Assembly: GCA_048128005.1 (NCBI GenBank)
Contig: JBEUKZ010000102.1
Coordinates: 1 to 64,000, forward strand
Direction of reading: 5' to 3'
Length of the DNA stretch: 64,000 nt
From: Veleropilina oligotropha
Lineage: Eukaryota
How positions within the stretch are numbered: the stretch's first letter is position 1; the number at the start of each line of letters is the position of its first letter. This document shows positions 45,782-58,041 of the stretch, in pieces. The translations under genes and the position numbers were made by a program. A model generated the notes under the pieces. It searched no databases. It saw only the letters and a program-made list of their open reading frames with translations, and had not been told where the DNA came from.

Positions 45782-48031
45782 CTAGGGCCGAGGCTTCCCT
45801 ATCCCGCTCTGCTTGCGGGATTTCACTGGAGGTGCTTGCCTCTTTGGAGTGGGTTTATTGGCCGGAGGCCTACCACCCGAAGAGGGCTTCGCACGCTTAG
45901 AAGGCTTCGGGGCCGGGGTGGGCCCGGAGCGCTTCTTCGAGTTGGCAGGTGGACCCCGGGTGGGGAGCAGTACTGCCTTCTCGATGGCACGGTCCTTAAT
46001 GTCCGCCGCTCTCTTGTCAACAAACTCCGTGAAGTTGTCACCAAAGAGAGTGGTGGCCGAGCAAGGTACGCATCGCAACGAGCGCCGGGTGGGCTCGTCC
46101 AGCGAGGTACCTTCCAGGCAAGCATCCCTACGAAGTAGGAGGGCATTGCCCAGGACACGTCCCGTCTCCAACGCGCTGGTCTCCTGCGCGGCAGCAACCT
46201 CCTGGAGGAAGGACAGGGCAGCCTCGGTGGCGCCGGGTCCATTCTCCTGTAATACGGCTATCGCCCCGTCTAGGAAAAAATCCTGAACGGACGATAGCCG
46301 CAGAGCCCGTCGGGCGGAGCTCTCGAAAGCTTCCAAGGCGGACCAAGGAACTTTCGCTACGGAGGGAGGGTGACTGGCGGTCAGTCGACGCAACGAAGCG
46401 TCAACACGAGCCGGCTCAGTCGCCAGGCACGGGCCAGTGCATTCGAACGGGATCGCTCGAGTACTGGCCCGGAGGTACCTCCCACTACGGAACCCCGAAG
46501 GGAACTCGTTCAGCGGGGAGGACTCCACCGGATTGCGCCCCTGAACGAGCTTGGTGATCGAGTCTACAACAAGATCCACCAGCCCGGACTGAGGTAAGGA
46601 GGGGAGCTCGGGGGCTTCCCTCGCAACAAACCGATGTGCTGCCGTCCTATGCTTGGCTACGTCTACAGCCGACCGAGTCGGTTCCGACAAGCCAAGCACC
46701 CCGCGAAGTGACGCAACAGCGTCGAGCCTTCGGCGGGTGGAGGAGGTCGGCTCCTGCGTGCCTGTAAGACTAATGTCTTCGGACCCGACCGATTCAGGGA
46801 GGTCGGTGTGATTTGAACAGAGATCCTCGTCGGAACGAGGGTCGATGTCTATCACTGAGGCAGGAGCCGTGCTCTGCGCCATGGGCAGAAGTGTAGGTAC
46901 CAGGTGCGGCTCGGGAGCCGTCGGCCAGGCCTTACACCGTTCCTCGATCCCCGCCGCGATCCATGCCTGGACGTTCTCAAAAGAGAAACCCGGAGGCAGG
47001 ACGGGCGACGAACTAACAGCCGGTAGTTCTGTCGAGGTAACCGTGGCGCTAGGTAGACGGGCTGCATTGACAGGTCGAACCGAGGACCAGGGTCCACGGG
47101 CACTTGTCGAGGGGTCGAACCCGAAGGACTGGCCCGGAGGCGCAGTCAGTGGGCCGGACGACCGATAGGACTGCGGCAACAGTTCTGATCGGTCTACCAC
47201 TCTGTTCGAGCGAGGCACGGACGGAAAACCGCCGTAGAACCCCGTCCCGAACGCAGCCGGTCTGTCCACGTTCTCTAGCGTGACCACGGTGGGTGCACGG
47301 GAGAGACCGGGCCCTCTGAATGTCTCGTGAGCTTCGAGGTTGAGCGGAAAACCCCTAGGGGAAGTCGCATCGTTCTCGACCGAGGATTCAGGTTTCGCCG
47401 ATTGTCCGAGTCTTAGACCTACAAGTAGGTGCCCGGCCTCTTTAAAGGCTTTCTCTGCATTGGGTCTGTCACCGTAGGAAGACGGTGAGTTTCCCGCAGA
47501 AGGACTAACTGTCCCCTTATTCTTCGAGGCCGAAGAAAAGGATGGGGATGGTCTGCCCTGTACAGCTGTTCGCTGCGCTGTCATGTATACCTTGCTAGCC
47601 GGCAAGGTATGGCTGACTGCAGCTACTAGGCCCGGTTTAGGAGGATCGGTCGACACTCGGGTCTTTACCTGAATCTTGGGTACCGGCAAGGTTTCGGTGA
47701 CTCTCCCAAGAGTCGCGGAGGTTTCGCCGGTGGATCCGGCGACAGACGTCCCCTTGTGTCGGCTGTCGTCCAGCGTCCCTGAAGCAGACAAAGAAGAAAC
47801 GTTAGGTAACTTACCGGTCTCTTCCTGACCCTTCTCCTGGGGAGGACCCACCGTGGCAGTCGCCCTGGTCGACTTACCGTGGTGAGACAGGGTTGCCCAC
47901 TGCTTATCTGATAGAAGAAAGCACAGATCACATTGATGATGTATACTACAGCTACGGTGAGTACAACATTCCTTGTGCCTATCAAATACGTGAATTTTCT
48001 GGTTACACCCGGAGCTACTGCACCGGACCAT
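45782..48031 (-). CDS. DIRS ORF1, Gag-like protein
   Basis: ATG at 48031; N-terminal Cys/His knuckle (CSSSGC...DRHKECCTH..C....C..C); C-terminal LLRRDACL...LFG; basic tail. Confidence 0.85.
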   Translation of the reverse strand: MVRCSSSGCNQKIHVFDRHKECCTHRSCSIHHQCDLCFLLSDKQWATLSHHGKSTRATATVGPPQEKGQEETGKLPNVSSLSASGTLDDSRHKGTSVAGSTGETSATLGRVTETLPVPKIQVKTRVSTDPPKPGLVAAVSHTLPASKVYMTAQRTAVQGRPSPSFSSASKNKGTVSPSAGNSPSSYGDRPNAEKAFKEAGHLLVGLRLGQSAKPESSVENDATSPRGFPLNLEAHETFRGPGLSRAPTVVTLENVDRPAAFGTGFYGGFPSVPRSNRVVDRSELLPQSYRSSGPLTAPPGQSFGFDPSTSARGPWSSVRPVNAARLPSATVTSTELPAVSSSPVLPPGFSFENVQAWIAAGIEERCKAWPTAPEPHLVPTLLPMAQSTAPASVIDIDPRSDEDLCSNHTDLPESVGSEDISLTGTQEPTSSTRRRLDAVASLRGVLGLSEPTRSAVDVAKHRTAAHRFVAREAPELPSLPQSGLVDLVVDSITKLVQGRNPVESSPLNEFPSGFRSGRYLRASTRAIPFECTGPCLATEPARVDASLRRLTASHPPSVAKVPWSALEAFESSARRALRLSSVQDFFLDGAIAVLQENGPGATEAALSFLQEVAAAQETSALETGRVLGNALLLRRDACLEGTSLDEPTRRSLRCVPCSATTLFGDNFTEFVDKRAADIKDRAIEKAVLLPTRGPPANSKKRSGPTPAPKPSKRAKPSSGGRPPANKPTPKRQAPPVKSRKQSGIGKPRP

Positions 48032-49687
48032 AGCTAAATACACGGGAGGGTGGACGTGGGTAGACGGGGTAGATAAATAGGTATATATTTGGTAGTTGAG
48101 ACTTCTTTCCTTGGAGGGAGTACTACGACAACTCACAGAATTGTCCTGATCTGAAGATTAGAGATCAAGCGATATACCGTTATTAGAACCCCGAACTGGG
48201 AACACCGAGGTCGGGTATTTTACCCGACCGACCCGGTAACCCGGCAAATTGACTAAAACAAAGGGGGGTTCTTTCCTCGAAAAAACCCGCCCAGAAAAAC
48301 ACCTGAAAACCTCGTGGATGTTTTAAGTTAGTACAATGGCGTATTATCCCAGCAACGGCAGGATATCAGAAAATTAACGCAAGCTTAATATCAAAAGATC
48401 CTGCCTTTTAACAACGCTAGAAATTTTTATATATATAATAAATAACCAGCAAATAGCGTTGTTAAGGAATTATCCAATATAATGAGTTACCTGTTTGCAG
48501 TCTCAAACAATATCAGATAATTATACAGACCAGAAATTTCAGCTACCACTCGAAAATTTTCCCTCTAAGCGGCCATCTTTAATGGCCACTGGCGTCCTTG
48601 ACGACGATGTCTGTTTCCTTTGATGTCCAGAACTTCCTCGAAGTTTTGAGAATCACTCTTCTTATATTCACATGTGTTTTATATCCACAACACTGTTATA
48701 TTCCACTACTTATATTAAGTAGAAACTGCGCCCTGATTTAACGTGAAATCGGGCGCCTATATCGAAATATTTGCGGAGCAAAAACAACGTCTTTCCGCGA
48801 CAGCGGAAAACTTTGAATTGATGTCATGTGACTTCTATTGTTCAGAAGTCTCACGAGACTTGGCGAAGTCTCGCTAGGGAACGTGGTGGGTAGGAGCAGG
48901 GGAGGTAACCGTGTGCTTTTTTGGCTTATAACGGTGCATTATGGGACATATTCACCATTTCCGGTTTGGGCGATAATATACTATTATGGCAAGAGTAAGG
49001 ACGTAAGTATGTTTGTAACTATATACATGCATTCATGATGTGACAGTGTGTGTAACAAATGAGTTATTTTCATAATTCAAGCACCATTTCTTGAATGAGG
49101 ATGTTGACCTCGTCCAATCAGTGTGATTTGCTGCATGTATTTTTATATCGACTAGAATATTTTGTGTTGTTATATTGTATTGATTTTTATTAAAAGCATG
49201 CAGGCTGCGCTGCATGATCTATTTGAAATAGTACAATTTATTAACAAACAATATGGTTAACGTCGAACCCTCTGACAAATAATTGATACGCTATTATATA
49301 GCTAGGTCTAGAGTAGATATGTTTTCATATATATATACGTATATATATGTGTTCCTTATAATGACAAGTATAGCACAGAATGTTGACAATTTTCAAATTT
49401 AAATCTTTCAATTGCATCTTGTACATGTAAGTCAAATTTGTTGACTGTTAATAATGTGAATATTCAATAAGAAGTGTTTATGAACACTAAACTCCACAAA
49501 AACATCTAAAATACATTTCAATACCGTTATCGACATTACCATAGCTATAATTGCTCACACCGAAAGTTCGTGAATTCCTGGATCAGGATACGCCCATGAT
49601 ATTGCAGAAAGATATGTTGATGAGGATGTTACATGTTAGATCGACGGTTATTGTCCTGTTTAACAATCTTCGGGTTCATACCAAGAC

Positions 49688-49971
49688 TAGACCCTGCAGA
49701 ATTATGCACTAATTTTCATCAAATTATGCGAAAATGAAACAGCATATTATGCACCCAGATCAATGAAATTATGCCATAATATGCACCAAATTAATGAAAT
49801 TATGAAAAATAAGTGTTATTTACGAAGTCAAACGAAAGTGTTTCACTAATAAAATTTGCTTGAACTTATCATTTATTTGGAAATTATAGGATTCTGTCAT
49901 GTTATTGCAGAAATATTGCGATTATGCGGTCTCTTCTAAATTATGCAAATCGCATAATTCCGCGGGGTCTA
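49688..49971. mobile_element. MITE inserted into a SINE family A remnant
   Basis: TAGACCCTGCAGAATTATGC...GCATAATTCCGCGGGGTCTA, flanked by CAAGAC on both sides. Confidence 0.65.
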
Positions 49972-51250
49972 CAAGACACGTCCATATTATCGCTGGAGGA
50001 TAGCCTGGTCGCCCAAGAAAACCTGCCAGTTATGGACAACTGTGACTGGTAACACAGTAAAGAGTACCCTGCTTCTAAGATTCGCTTTCACTCCTAGTAG
50101 ACAACGTCATAGCGCATTAAAACGTGTAAATTTGTCCACGCTTTTATCCACTAAGACGTAGCGGTCGGTCGCTGTATACATAATGTCGTCTGCTTCTTCA
50201 TCGTCAGGAAATTCCATGAAACACAGCCGAGTTGGGCGAATCAAATTAAAATCAAGATCAAAGCTATATTTCATATCTTCGTGCTCATCTCTAGGTAGAA
50301 ACTACAGATTATTAATTTTGTGTGTCTGTTGATGAAATCATATTTAAACAAGAACGACGCGTTCGGAATATGTCTTGACTTTTCTTTATTTCCGTCAAAT
50401 TTTCAGAACAGTCAATGGCGAAGTGTACGTACTTCAAGACTCTACCACCCCGTCGATTGTGACGTCACTCAATGACGATTAATCAAAAGCGTCATCGTAA
50501 TGACGTCATTGCTATTTACTAGATATTAGACATACGTTATATAGCATATATGCATAAAAGTGCCCAATAAATGCATATTTTTGCAATAATGTGTCGCGAA
50601 AGTTATATACACGACCGACAAATTACCTTGGGAATGCGTATGCCAATTCTCAGGGTAATTGGTTCAGTAGTTTTCGAGAAAATCAGCGGATATATATATA
50701 TATATATATATAAGTATATATGTATATACACACGGACCATTTGATAATGTCTTGTCCTTTTTTGTCAAAAAGGTCAAGACATAAAAATATGAACATATTT
50801 TAGGTGCTTTGTGGTTTCCACAATATCACTGTTCACAGTTGTCCTCCTTGACAAAGATATATTCTTTTGAACATTGGTTGATGCGTTCTTCGATAAATGT
50901 GCAACTATAAGGCTGTGTTCCCACCGAGTTTGATCTTATCTATCGGTAAAAATTTAATCTGATGCAGTTGTTCTCACCAAAAGTTACAAAGGCCAGCTTA
51001 AAATTGTTGGCAACTTGCCGGTGAGTGTTATGGATTAGATAATAGATGGCGACACTTGCCTTCACGTGACAGATTGCAAGTGACAATGCAGCCGTGAGGC
51101 CACCATACTGCAATACGGATATGCAAAGTAGCCTATGATGTATCTGTATCAATTTAAAATAACATATTCAGCACCTGAGTTGACAGAGTAATGTGTATGA
51201 AATAAATTCAGAAAGTTATATATAGAAAAACAACAGTTATCCAGGCAAAC

Positions 51251-51477
51251 AAACAATAGGCCCATTCGAGTGGTAGGTTTCGTTGAGTACGTAAAAACTG
51301 TTAAGCACGAATTCTACTAAGCCATTGTTCGCATTCGGCAATTTTTGTTTGATTGCTCAATACAAATTTCATACAGTTGGGAATAATTCGTCGAATACGT
51401 TTTTTTTTCGTTTTTTGGTAACGCGCAACCACCTCCGTACTCAACGGAAAGTACCACTCGAATGAGCTTATTGTTTT
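51251..51477. mobile_element. MITE
   Basis: aaacaataggcccattcgagtggta...taccactcgaatgagcttattgttt inverted ends. Confidence 0.55.
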
Positions 51478-51820
51478 ATATGTTGCTAGCTATTATTTTA
51501 GAAAATGGCGACAGCAATTCTCGTGAGATCAGAATTGTGCCGAGGGCTCCTGCACCTGCAAGTGTTCCCACCGAGTTATATCGATCGGCTTAAATTTTAA
51601 ACCGTGTATTTTGGAGGTTCAAACTTTGCTTCGATTCCCATCGAGCGTGTTAACAGTTTGAATCGCACAGCCTGTGCGATTCAAACTCGGTGTGAACACG
51701 GAAGCAAAATAATATTGTTACCTGCTACGATCAATCGTAGGTCAACGGTTCGGGTGGGGCCCCACGCGGAGGAAATTTTTAGTGTTTAATACTGTGAAAC
51801 GGCATCTATTGTGTTCCGAA

Positions 51821-51903
51821 ACAAAAATTATTGGGACGACCATGTTCCGCCGGACCTGGTAATACCAGGCCCGGCGGAACCTGGTCGTCCCAATAATTTT
51901 TGT
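51821..51903. repeat. Short palindrome (hairpin MITE remnant)
   Basis: acaaaaattattgggacgacca...tggtcgtcccaataatttttgt. Confidence 0.75.
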
Positions 51904-51959
51904 GGTATTGTTTATCAAAATAAGATCAAATCAAAATACCATGCATAGATGATACTTGA

Positions 51960-52073
51960 TAGTGGTCTGATAAATCTGCTCCTAATTACAAGCTCTAAAT
52001 TCTGACGGTCGCCTGTTTAACCGGGCGACCGTCAGAATATAGAGCTTTTAATTAAGGGCTGATTTATCGGACT
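51960..52073. mobile_element. Short hairpin member of the family at 52988-53631
   Basis: Shares GATAAATCTGC...ACAAGCTC...TGACGGTCGC arms and the ATTTATCGGACTA end. Confidence 0.6.
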
Positions 52074-52639
52074 AAGATGATAGATCATACTTATGATACT
52101 ATGAAATGATTCATAGAGCCCAAGCTAACTCTTTGTAATCACCCGATTGTGTACCTTTGAAGATGACAGTGTCAATAATTCACGCACAACCACGAGACCA
52201 GAATTAGGTGGAAATACGAACAACACTGTGCTGACTACTGCCAACCAACACGTCACGGTCAGAAATCTTCTATTTACATGCGTTTCAAAACACAAAGCAG
52301 ACCGGAAGCAGCTGTCATGCGGAAGTTAATAATTAACATGCGCAAACCGATGATGTTTTGATTTGTGATTAATTGGGTGTGACCATTTCTGAAGTCAGTG
52401 CTGGTTTTTGATGCCATGATTTAATTTCCATGATTCTCTGATCATGATCATGATGTAATTTATTTTACGTATTCACACTTGCCATGAACCAAGGATCATA
52501 ATTTCATAAGTAGGTATCGAAGAAACCGTAACGTAAGTTCTCTGTTGTTGTTCAACTTGTTGGAAGCGTGTTGTAATAATTGTTTTGGTTTGAAAGTTGA
52601 AGGCGTACAGTATAGACACAGCCACTGAGCCAGGGCACG

Positions 52640-52775
52640 GGCCATTGACGCTAACCAGAAATATGAGCGAAATCCATCATCGACTTGCTACCCACCCACT
52701 GATTATACGTAATCAGTGGGTGGGTAGCAAGTCGATGATGGATTTCGCTCATATTTCTGGTTAGCGTCAATGGCC
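52640..52775. repeat. Perfect ~66-bp-arm palindrome (MITE)
   Basis: ggccattgacgctaaccagaa...ttctggttagcgtcaatggcc. Confidence 0.85.
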
Positions 52776-52806
52776 GGTTGCCGTGATTTCTCAACTATGT
52801 TGGGAC

Positions 52807-52926
52807 CACAGGGACTCGTAACAGTCGCCGCTTCTTCGAGCGGCCGGTAGCCATCTTATATATATTATTTATATATAAGATGGCTACCGGCCGCTCTTCG
52901 AGCGGCGACTGTTACGAGTCCCTGTG
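52807..52926. mobile_element. Hairpin MITE with 8-bp TSD (P- or hAT-like)
   Basis: CACAGGGACTCG...CGAGTCCCTGTG, flanked by GTTGGGAC at 52799-52806 and 52927-52934. Confidence 0.8.
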
Positions 52927-52987
52927 GTTGGGACTATTCACAACCGAACGTGATTTAGTCCGGACTATAGTACGACCGAGTTGTACC

Positions 52988-53631
52988 TAGTCCGATAAAT
53001 CTGCCCTTATTTACAAGCTCGAAATCCTGACGGTCGCGTGTATAGGGTCAGATGTCGCGGCTATTAAAAAGGCGTAGATCTGTAACCCAAATCTAGCGAC
53101 AGCGATATCGACACCTTTACGTGCCATACGGCGAATCTTTCGATACCCACACATCAATAAACCATTTAACACTCACCTGCCTTTATTGTTCATCAATCCT
53201 AGTGATATAAGTCACATTATAAGCTTATATTGTTACTCGAAACGTGTTAATTTTACGCCATTATCAAACCGACAGCCAGTCGCATCGACCAATCAGAGTG
53301 GCTTCCGGCTGGTTAACCCGCTTTGATTGGTCGATGCGACTGGCTGTCGGTTTGATAATGGCGTAAAATTAACACGTTTCGAGTAACAATATAAGCTTAT
53401 AATGTGACTTATATCACTAGGATTGATGAACAATAAAGGCAGGTGAGTGTTAAATGGTTTATTGATGTGTGGGTATCGAAAGATTCGCCGTATGGCACGT
53501 AAAGGTGTCGATATCGCTGTCGCTAGATTTGGGTTACAGATCTACGCCTTTTTAATAGCCGCGACATCTGACCCTATACACGCGACCGTCAGGATTTCGA
53601 GCTTGTAAATAGGGGCAGATTTATCGGACTA
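52988..53631. mobile_element. Foldback/MULE-like palindromic element with 9-bp TSD
   Basis: Near-perfect ~310-bp arms TAGTCCGATAAAT.../...ATTTATCGGACTA; TSD AGTTGTACC at 52979-52987 and 53632-53640. Confidence 0.9.
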
Positions 53632-54683
53632 AGTTGTACCCTGCTTCGGACAACGGTCGAGCTCGGTTTCAAAATGGCCGCCGTTAAGGCGAAAGGTTGG
53701 CATTCAATATACGTTTGCGATTAAATGTTGATTATAGCCCCTATCATCCACTTTTTATATAAGATATGTGTAATTTTTTCCGTAATTGTTTCAAATGATT
53801 AAATGTCGTCATTTTATAAAGCCGCCATTCACGCGAATACTACATATATATATATACAATAATATGGTTCCTGCGAATCAGTGAGATAGTTTTAATGGAA
53901 GTCGAATATTATTTTTGCTAACGGTGCTGTTAAATTAAATTTATCTATGTATCATATATTAGAATTTAGAGATCAAACACTATCAGCCTATATGTGACGT
54001 TTATTGGAGCTTTTACCCATTGAATAAGTCGACATAGAGGTTATTTTATGGAGGTGTTGCCCAACTAAAAATATCCAATCCTCCTTAAATGCTGTCCTGG
54101 TTATGTGGCTTGTTAGTGACATATCTCGTTTTTTCGTTACCTCGATCGCAATTAATAAAACCATGCGCTAAATTAGCGACCTTAAATCTCGAAAAAAAAT
54201 GAGATTTAACAATCTTAATTCTCGACACTTCGGCACGAAGTGACGAGATTTAACAATCTTAATTGTCGACACTTCGCGTTGAAAAGACCAGAATTAAGAA
54301 AAAACAGGTGGTGATTAGCGAGGCGATAGGATGCGATTTAAGGTCACTAATTAGCGCATGTTTTCTTAAATCTCTTGGCCTTTCGAGGCGAAGTGTCGAG
54401 AATTAAGATTGTTAAATGTTGAGAATTAAGATTCTTAAATTTCGTTACTTCGTGGCGAAGTAACGAAGTGTCGAGAATTTAGACCGATCCTAATGATACT
54501 AATCAAGTGAGTGAGTTCCTTCCACATTCGACCTTCTGTGCAACAATATTTACAATAATTAAGCTTCCACTTTTCTCGATTTAGACCGTTACCTACTTAT
54601 TGAACGCCTTCTCTAGGAGAATCATGACATGTCATGTTGTGACGGAACCGATCATCACCAACAATATTGCATAGAGAAGGATA

Positions 54684-55007
54684 TAATAATAATAATAATA
54701 ATGGACATTTATATTGCGCCGTATCCGCCCAGGTACGCACGCTCACAGCGCTATCACATAATTACCCCTGGTTTTTCGGCCGGTTCTCATCTAGAACCCA
54801 TCTCAACTCTCTCTGAGAGCATTACAGTCAAGCTGCCACTGACGGCGCTACGACTAATTATCACACCGACCAGGTACCCATTTAGGTCGGCTGGGTGAAC
54901 CGAGGCAAATATTTCCTTACCCAAGAGAAATCGCCGAGCTTTTGGGGGCGAACGTGAGACTCTGAAACCAGAGTCCCGTGAACAACCCACTGAGCCACGA
55001 CGGCACA
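54684..55007 (-). mobile_element. SINE family B copy
   Basis: Matches 4015-4340. Confidence 0.7.
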
Positions 55008-55508
55008 TAAATAAGTGGTGCAGTCTGGATCTACAACAAATTGTTTTCTGTCACTTTCCTGAAAGTGCCCCTTTAAGGCAGTTAATGTCAATAAAATGTA
55101 TGTGACGTGCAACCTTGTACGGACTAAGTGGTTATTTTACAATAGCTTTAACATGTGCTCTGCACTGTGAAATATTTGCTTTAAGTTTAATATTTAGGTT
55201 GCCTTTGCTAATGTTCGGTACAATTGAACTCGCCCTTGCACCCATTGAACCCAGCATGGACATTCCACTTGATTCTGGATGAATGAGACAAAGAATGTAA
55301 AATGTAAAGTTCTTGTTTTATTTCCTTTCGGTACACTCGTTAATTTGACACCAAGATGGCAAAGATCTGTCTCTCAGTGATGAGAAAACCCGGCTTAAAG
55401 AAACACCAACTATGTACCTGAATTTTATTGCCATAATAGTTGTCAAATATCAATAATGCATTTATAAAACATGAATATTCTATCTTTTATTTCAGATCTT
55501 TTATCACT

Positions 55509-58041
55509 ATGAGTGGAAGCCCTGAGAGCCCATTCTTGGATGGTCTCTTCCAACAGCTCATGGCTAGTGCCCCTTGCCCGCCGCCATGGAATCAAGACCT
55601 TCTGTGGACAGTCACTCAAGCAAACAATATTAACGATACGTACATCAACCAAATCGCTGGGCGGTGCAATGCTAAACAGAGCACAGACCCAGGAGTAGTG
55701 ACAGGGGAGACAAGAGTGTATACAGCAGGATGCGATCTAACTTGTTTAATCATCTTAATATGTACAATAGCTGGAGTTCTACTTTTGGTATTGATTGGAG
55801 GAATAATCTTTTGGTAAGATTAACAATAATATAAAGTTATTAATTGGCTACTGAATATTTAAAAATTATAAAATGCGGTCCTCGTTTAATTACCTCGCAC
55901 CGAGTTCATTTCCAATTGACCTAGTTGGAGCACTGTTGCGTTGGTTTCTGCTCGTCAAGTAAGATCGCTTTCTACTTGACAATAACATATATTGCCCAGT
56001 TACAATAATAATTTCAATAAAAGTCTCATTTGATCATCTATCGATCATATCTTCGCGAAATTTGTATCAATCTGCGCGAACCGGGCGATAGAGGGTGTCA
56101 GGACAACTCGTGCCAGAGACAACTCGTTCGAAAGAGCGCATTTATGGGCAATAGTCTCTTTAAGAAAAATGAAATGTATGATTTAAATTATTTTAATGTT
56201 ATTTATTGGTGGGCAGAGTTATACACTGTATGTACTTGGTGTGGATCGTTTACGACAGAAATTATATTTCATTTTTGCATATTGTTAAGTTAAACAAATA
56301 AAAAGTTTCATGTATTAAGACTAGCATAGGTGTTTGTTTGATTAATTACCGCTGTCTTACGATATGTCCTGGTTTCAACCTGAAGGTTATAAATATACAG
56401 GACATGAATCATTGATCCAATCCATTATTTTAAATACTTCTGAATGAAACGGTTTGCTGGTAGGCTATTATTATTAATAGCTAGGCTATTATTATTAATA
56501 GCTAGGCTATTAGTATTAATAGCTAGGCTGGAATCTGGGAATCGAGCTCTTGCCACTTAATGTTTGTCACTTTTGCCCATTTGACTAACTTGATATTAAC
56601 TTATTGCATTTGATAGTGCTGAAGTAGATTTAGTTAGTGATTAACTTTTTCAAATACCGGTACTCCTTTTTTTTCAGGATGAAGAAACCGCGATCCAGGC
56701 GAAGGCCGTTCCATATTTGCATTGACCGGTCTCCAAGCAGCGCCTCCCAGAATCAGCAGGTTGTTATTATAGTTCATAATTGCCATTGGGTCGCACCGGT
56801 AGCCGAATGAGCACGAGTATGGACACTGAATTCACTCGCTTGACTGATCTGCATATCGGGAGTGTGGTCGAATCCTCGACGGTGCATTATTTGTTCAGTT
56901 ACCAGGCACAGTGGTCTATAACGAACCATTGAGGTCAGCGTTTCCCGAGCAATCAGGCCTTCCTCCCGCGATAATATGGACATGTTCTGAGTGAACCTGG
57001 AGGTTGTTAAAAACAGGACATTATTAAAGCATTGATCCAAACCACTTCCAAAATTCACGATTGCTGTTTACTTTTTATTTGCTCTGCTGTGACATAGTCA
57101 GTTGAGCTATACTGATACCGCTTTGTCCGGCGTACATCCGTCGCACAGCGTCAAGTTTTGACTTGAAATGTGAATATCTTCAAAACTGTCTAATAACTTT
57201 TTTTCTACGTTGGCATGAGCCTTCCTTATGATGTTCTGAACATAACCTGAAATTATTCGAAAATTCAACGTCACTGTTTTTCTAAAATTTACCTTATTGT
57301 ACTTAAGAAAATCCACTTCTGTGACAAGTTTTTACTTCAAATGTGAATACATGTATCTCTGAAACTGTCCGATAACTTTATTTCATAATTGGCATGAGCC
57401 TTCCATATGATGTGAATATTAGAAAAATGTATGTCCCAGTTTTGCTGAAATTCGTAATTTAGACTTTGTCAAGACAGCTAGCCTGCATATTGCTATGCTA
57501 TTACATAGGAAAGTGATGCCCAAATTTCTAAAGTTTGACTAGATTGATGAACCATTTTCATCAGAGCTAGATACGTCGAAAGGCCTTTTGTTTAAATTCC
57601 GTTCATTACTTTTACATGAAGTGGAGAATCGAAGTAATACAAAATGTAGAAATAGCAAATAAAGTTCATAATGCCACCCATTTCATTACAGTATTAACAA
57701 GACCGATATATAATTTTGAATATTTCACATTCTGATTGTTACAGAACCATTTTGCTGATATATGTATGTCGCATATAGATTTGACAGAATTGTGTAATTA
57801 ATGGGATTTGTACATTTAACTAGTGCAAACTATATATGTGAATTTACTCTTGCAGCTAACCGCAAACTGTGATGCTAACGTTGCTGCGACAAATGGCATG
57901 AACGGAACAGCCCACTCCGAGCAGGAAGAGGTGAAAGTGGTTGAAAAGACGGAAAAACTGAAAATAGATCTTGGAAATGGTAAAGCTCACTGCCGAGTTG
58001 GTTATAATAACCACGCGTATGACGACGAGAACAATCCATGA
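55509..58041 (+). CDS. Unknown single-pass membrane protein (~190 aa, 3 coding exons)
   Basis: Exons 55509-55813, 56678-56759 and 57856-58041 with GT-AG junctions and matching phases. TM LIILICTIAGVLLLVLIGGIIFW is followed by a basic stop-transfer MKKPRSRRR; C-terminal YNNHAY (NxxY-like). An acceptor at 55495 implies a further upstream exon. Confidence 0.7.
56789..57041 (+). mobile_element. SINE family A copy (intronic)
   Basis: CCCGCGATAATATGGACATG...CAGGACATT...AAGCATTGATCC. Confidence 0.6.

Larger units (their letters stand above)
41574..49024 (-). mobile_element. Full-length DIRS1-type tyrosine-recombinase retrotransposon
   Basis: Inverted terminal repeats at ~41607-41812 and ~48809-49014. 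Internal complementary region at ~41873-41963 matches both termini. Gag, RT/RNaseH/MT and YR ORFs present; no TSD. Confidence 0.95.
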
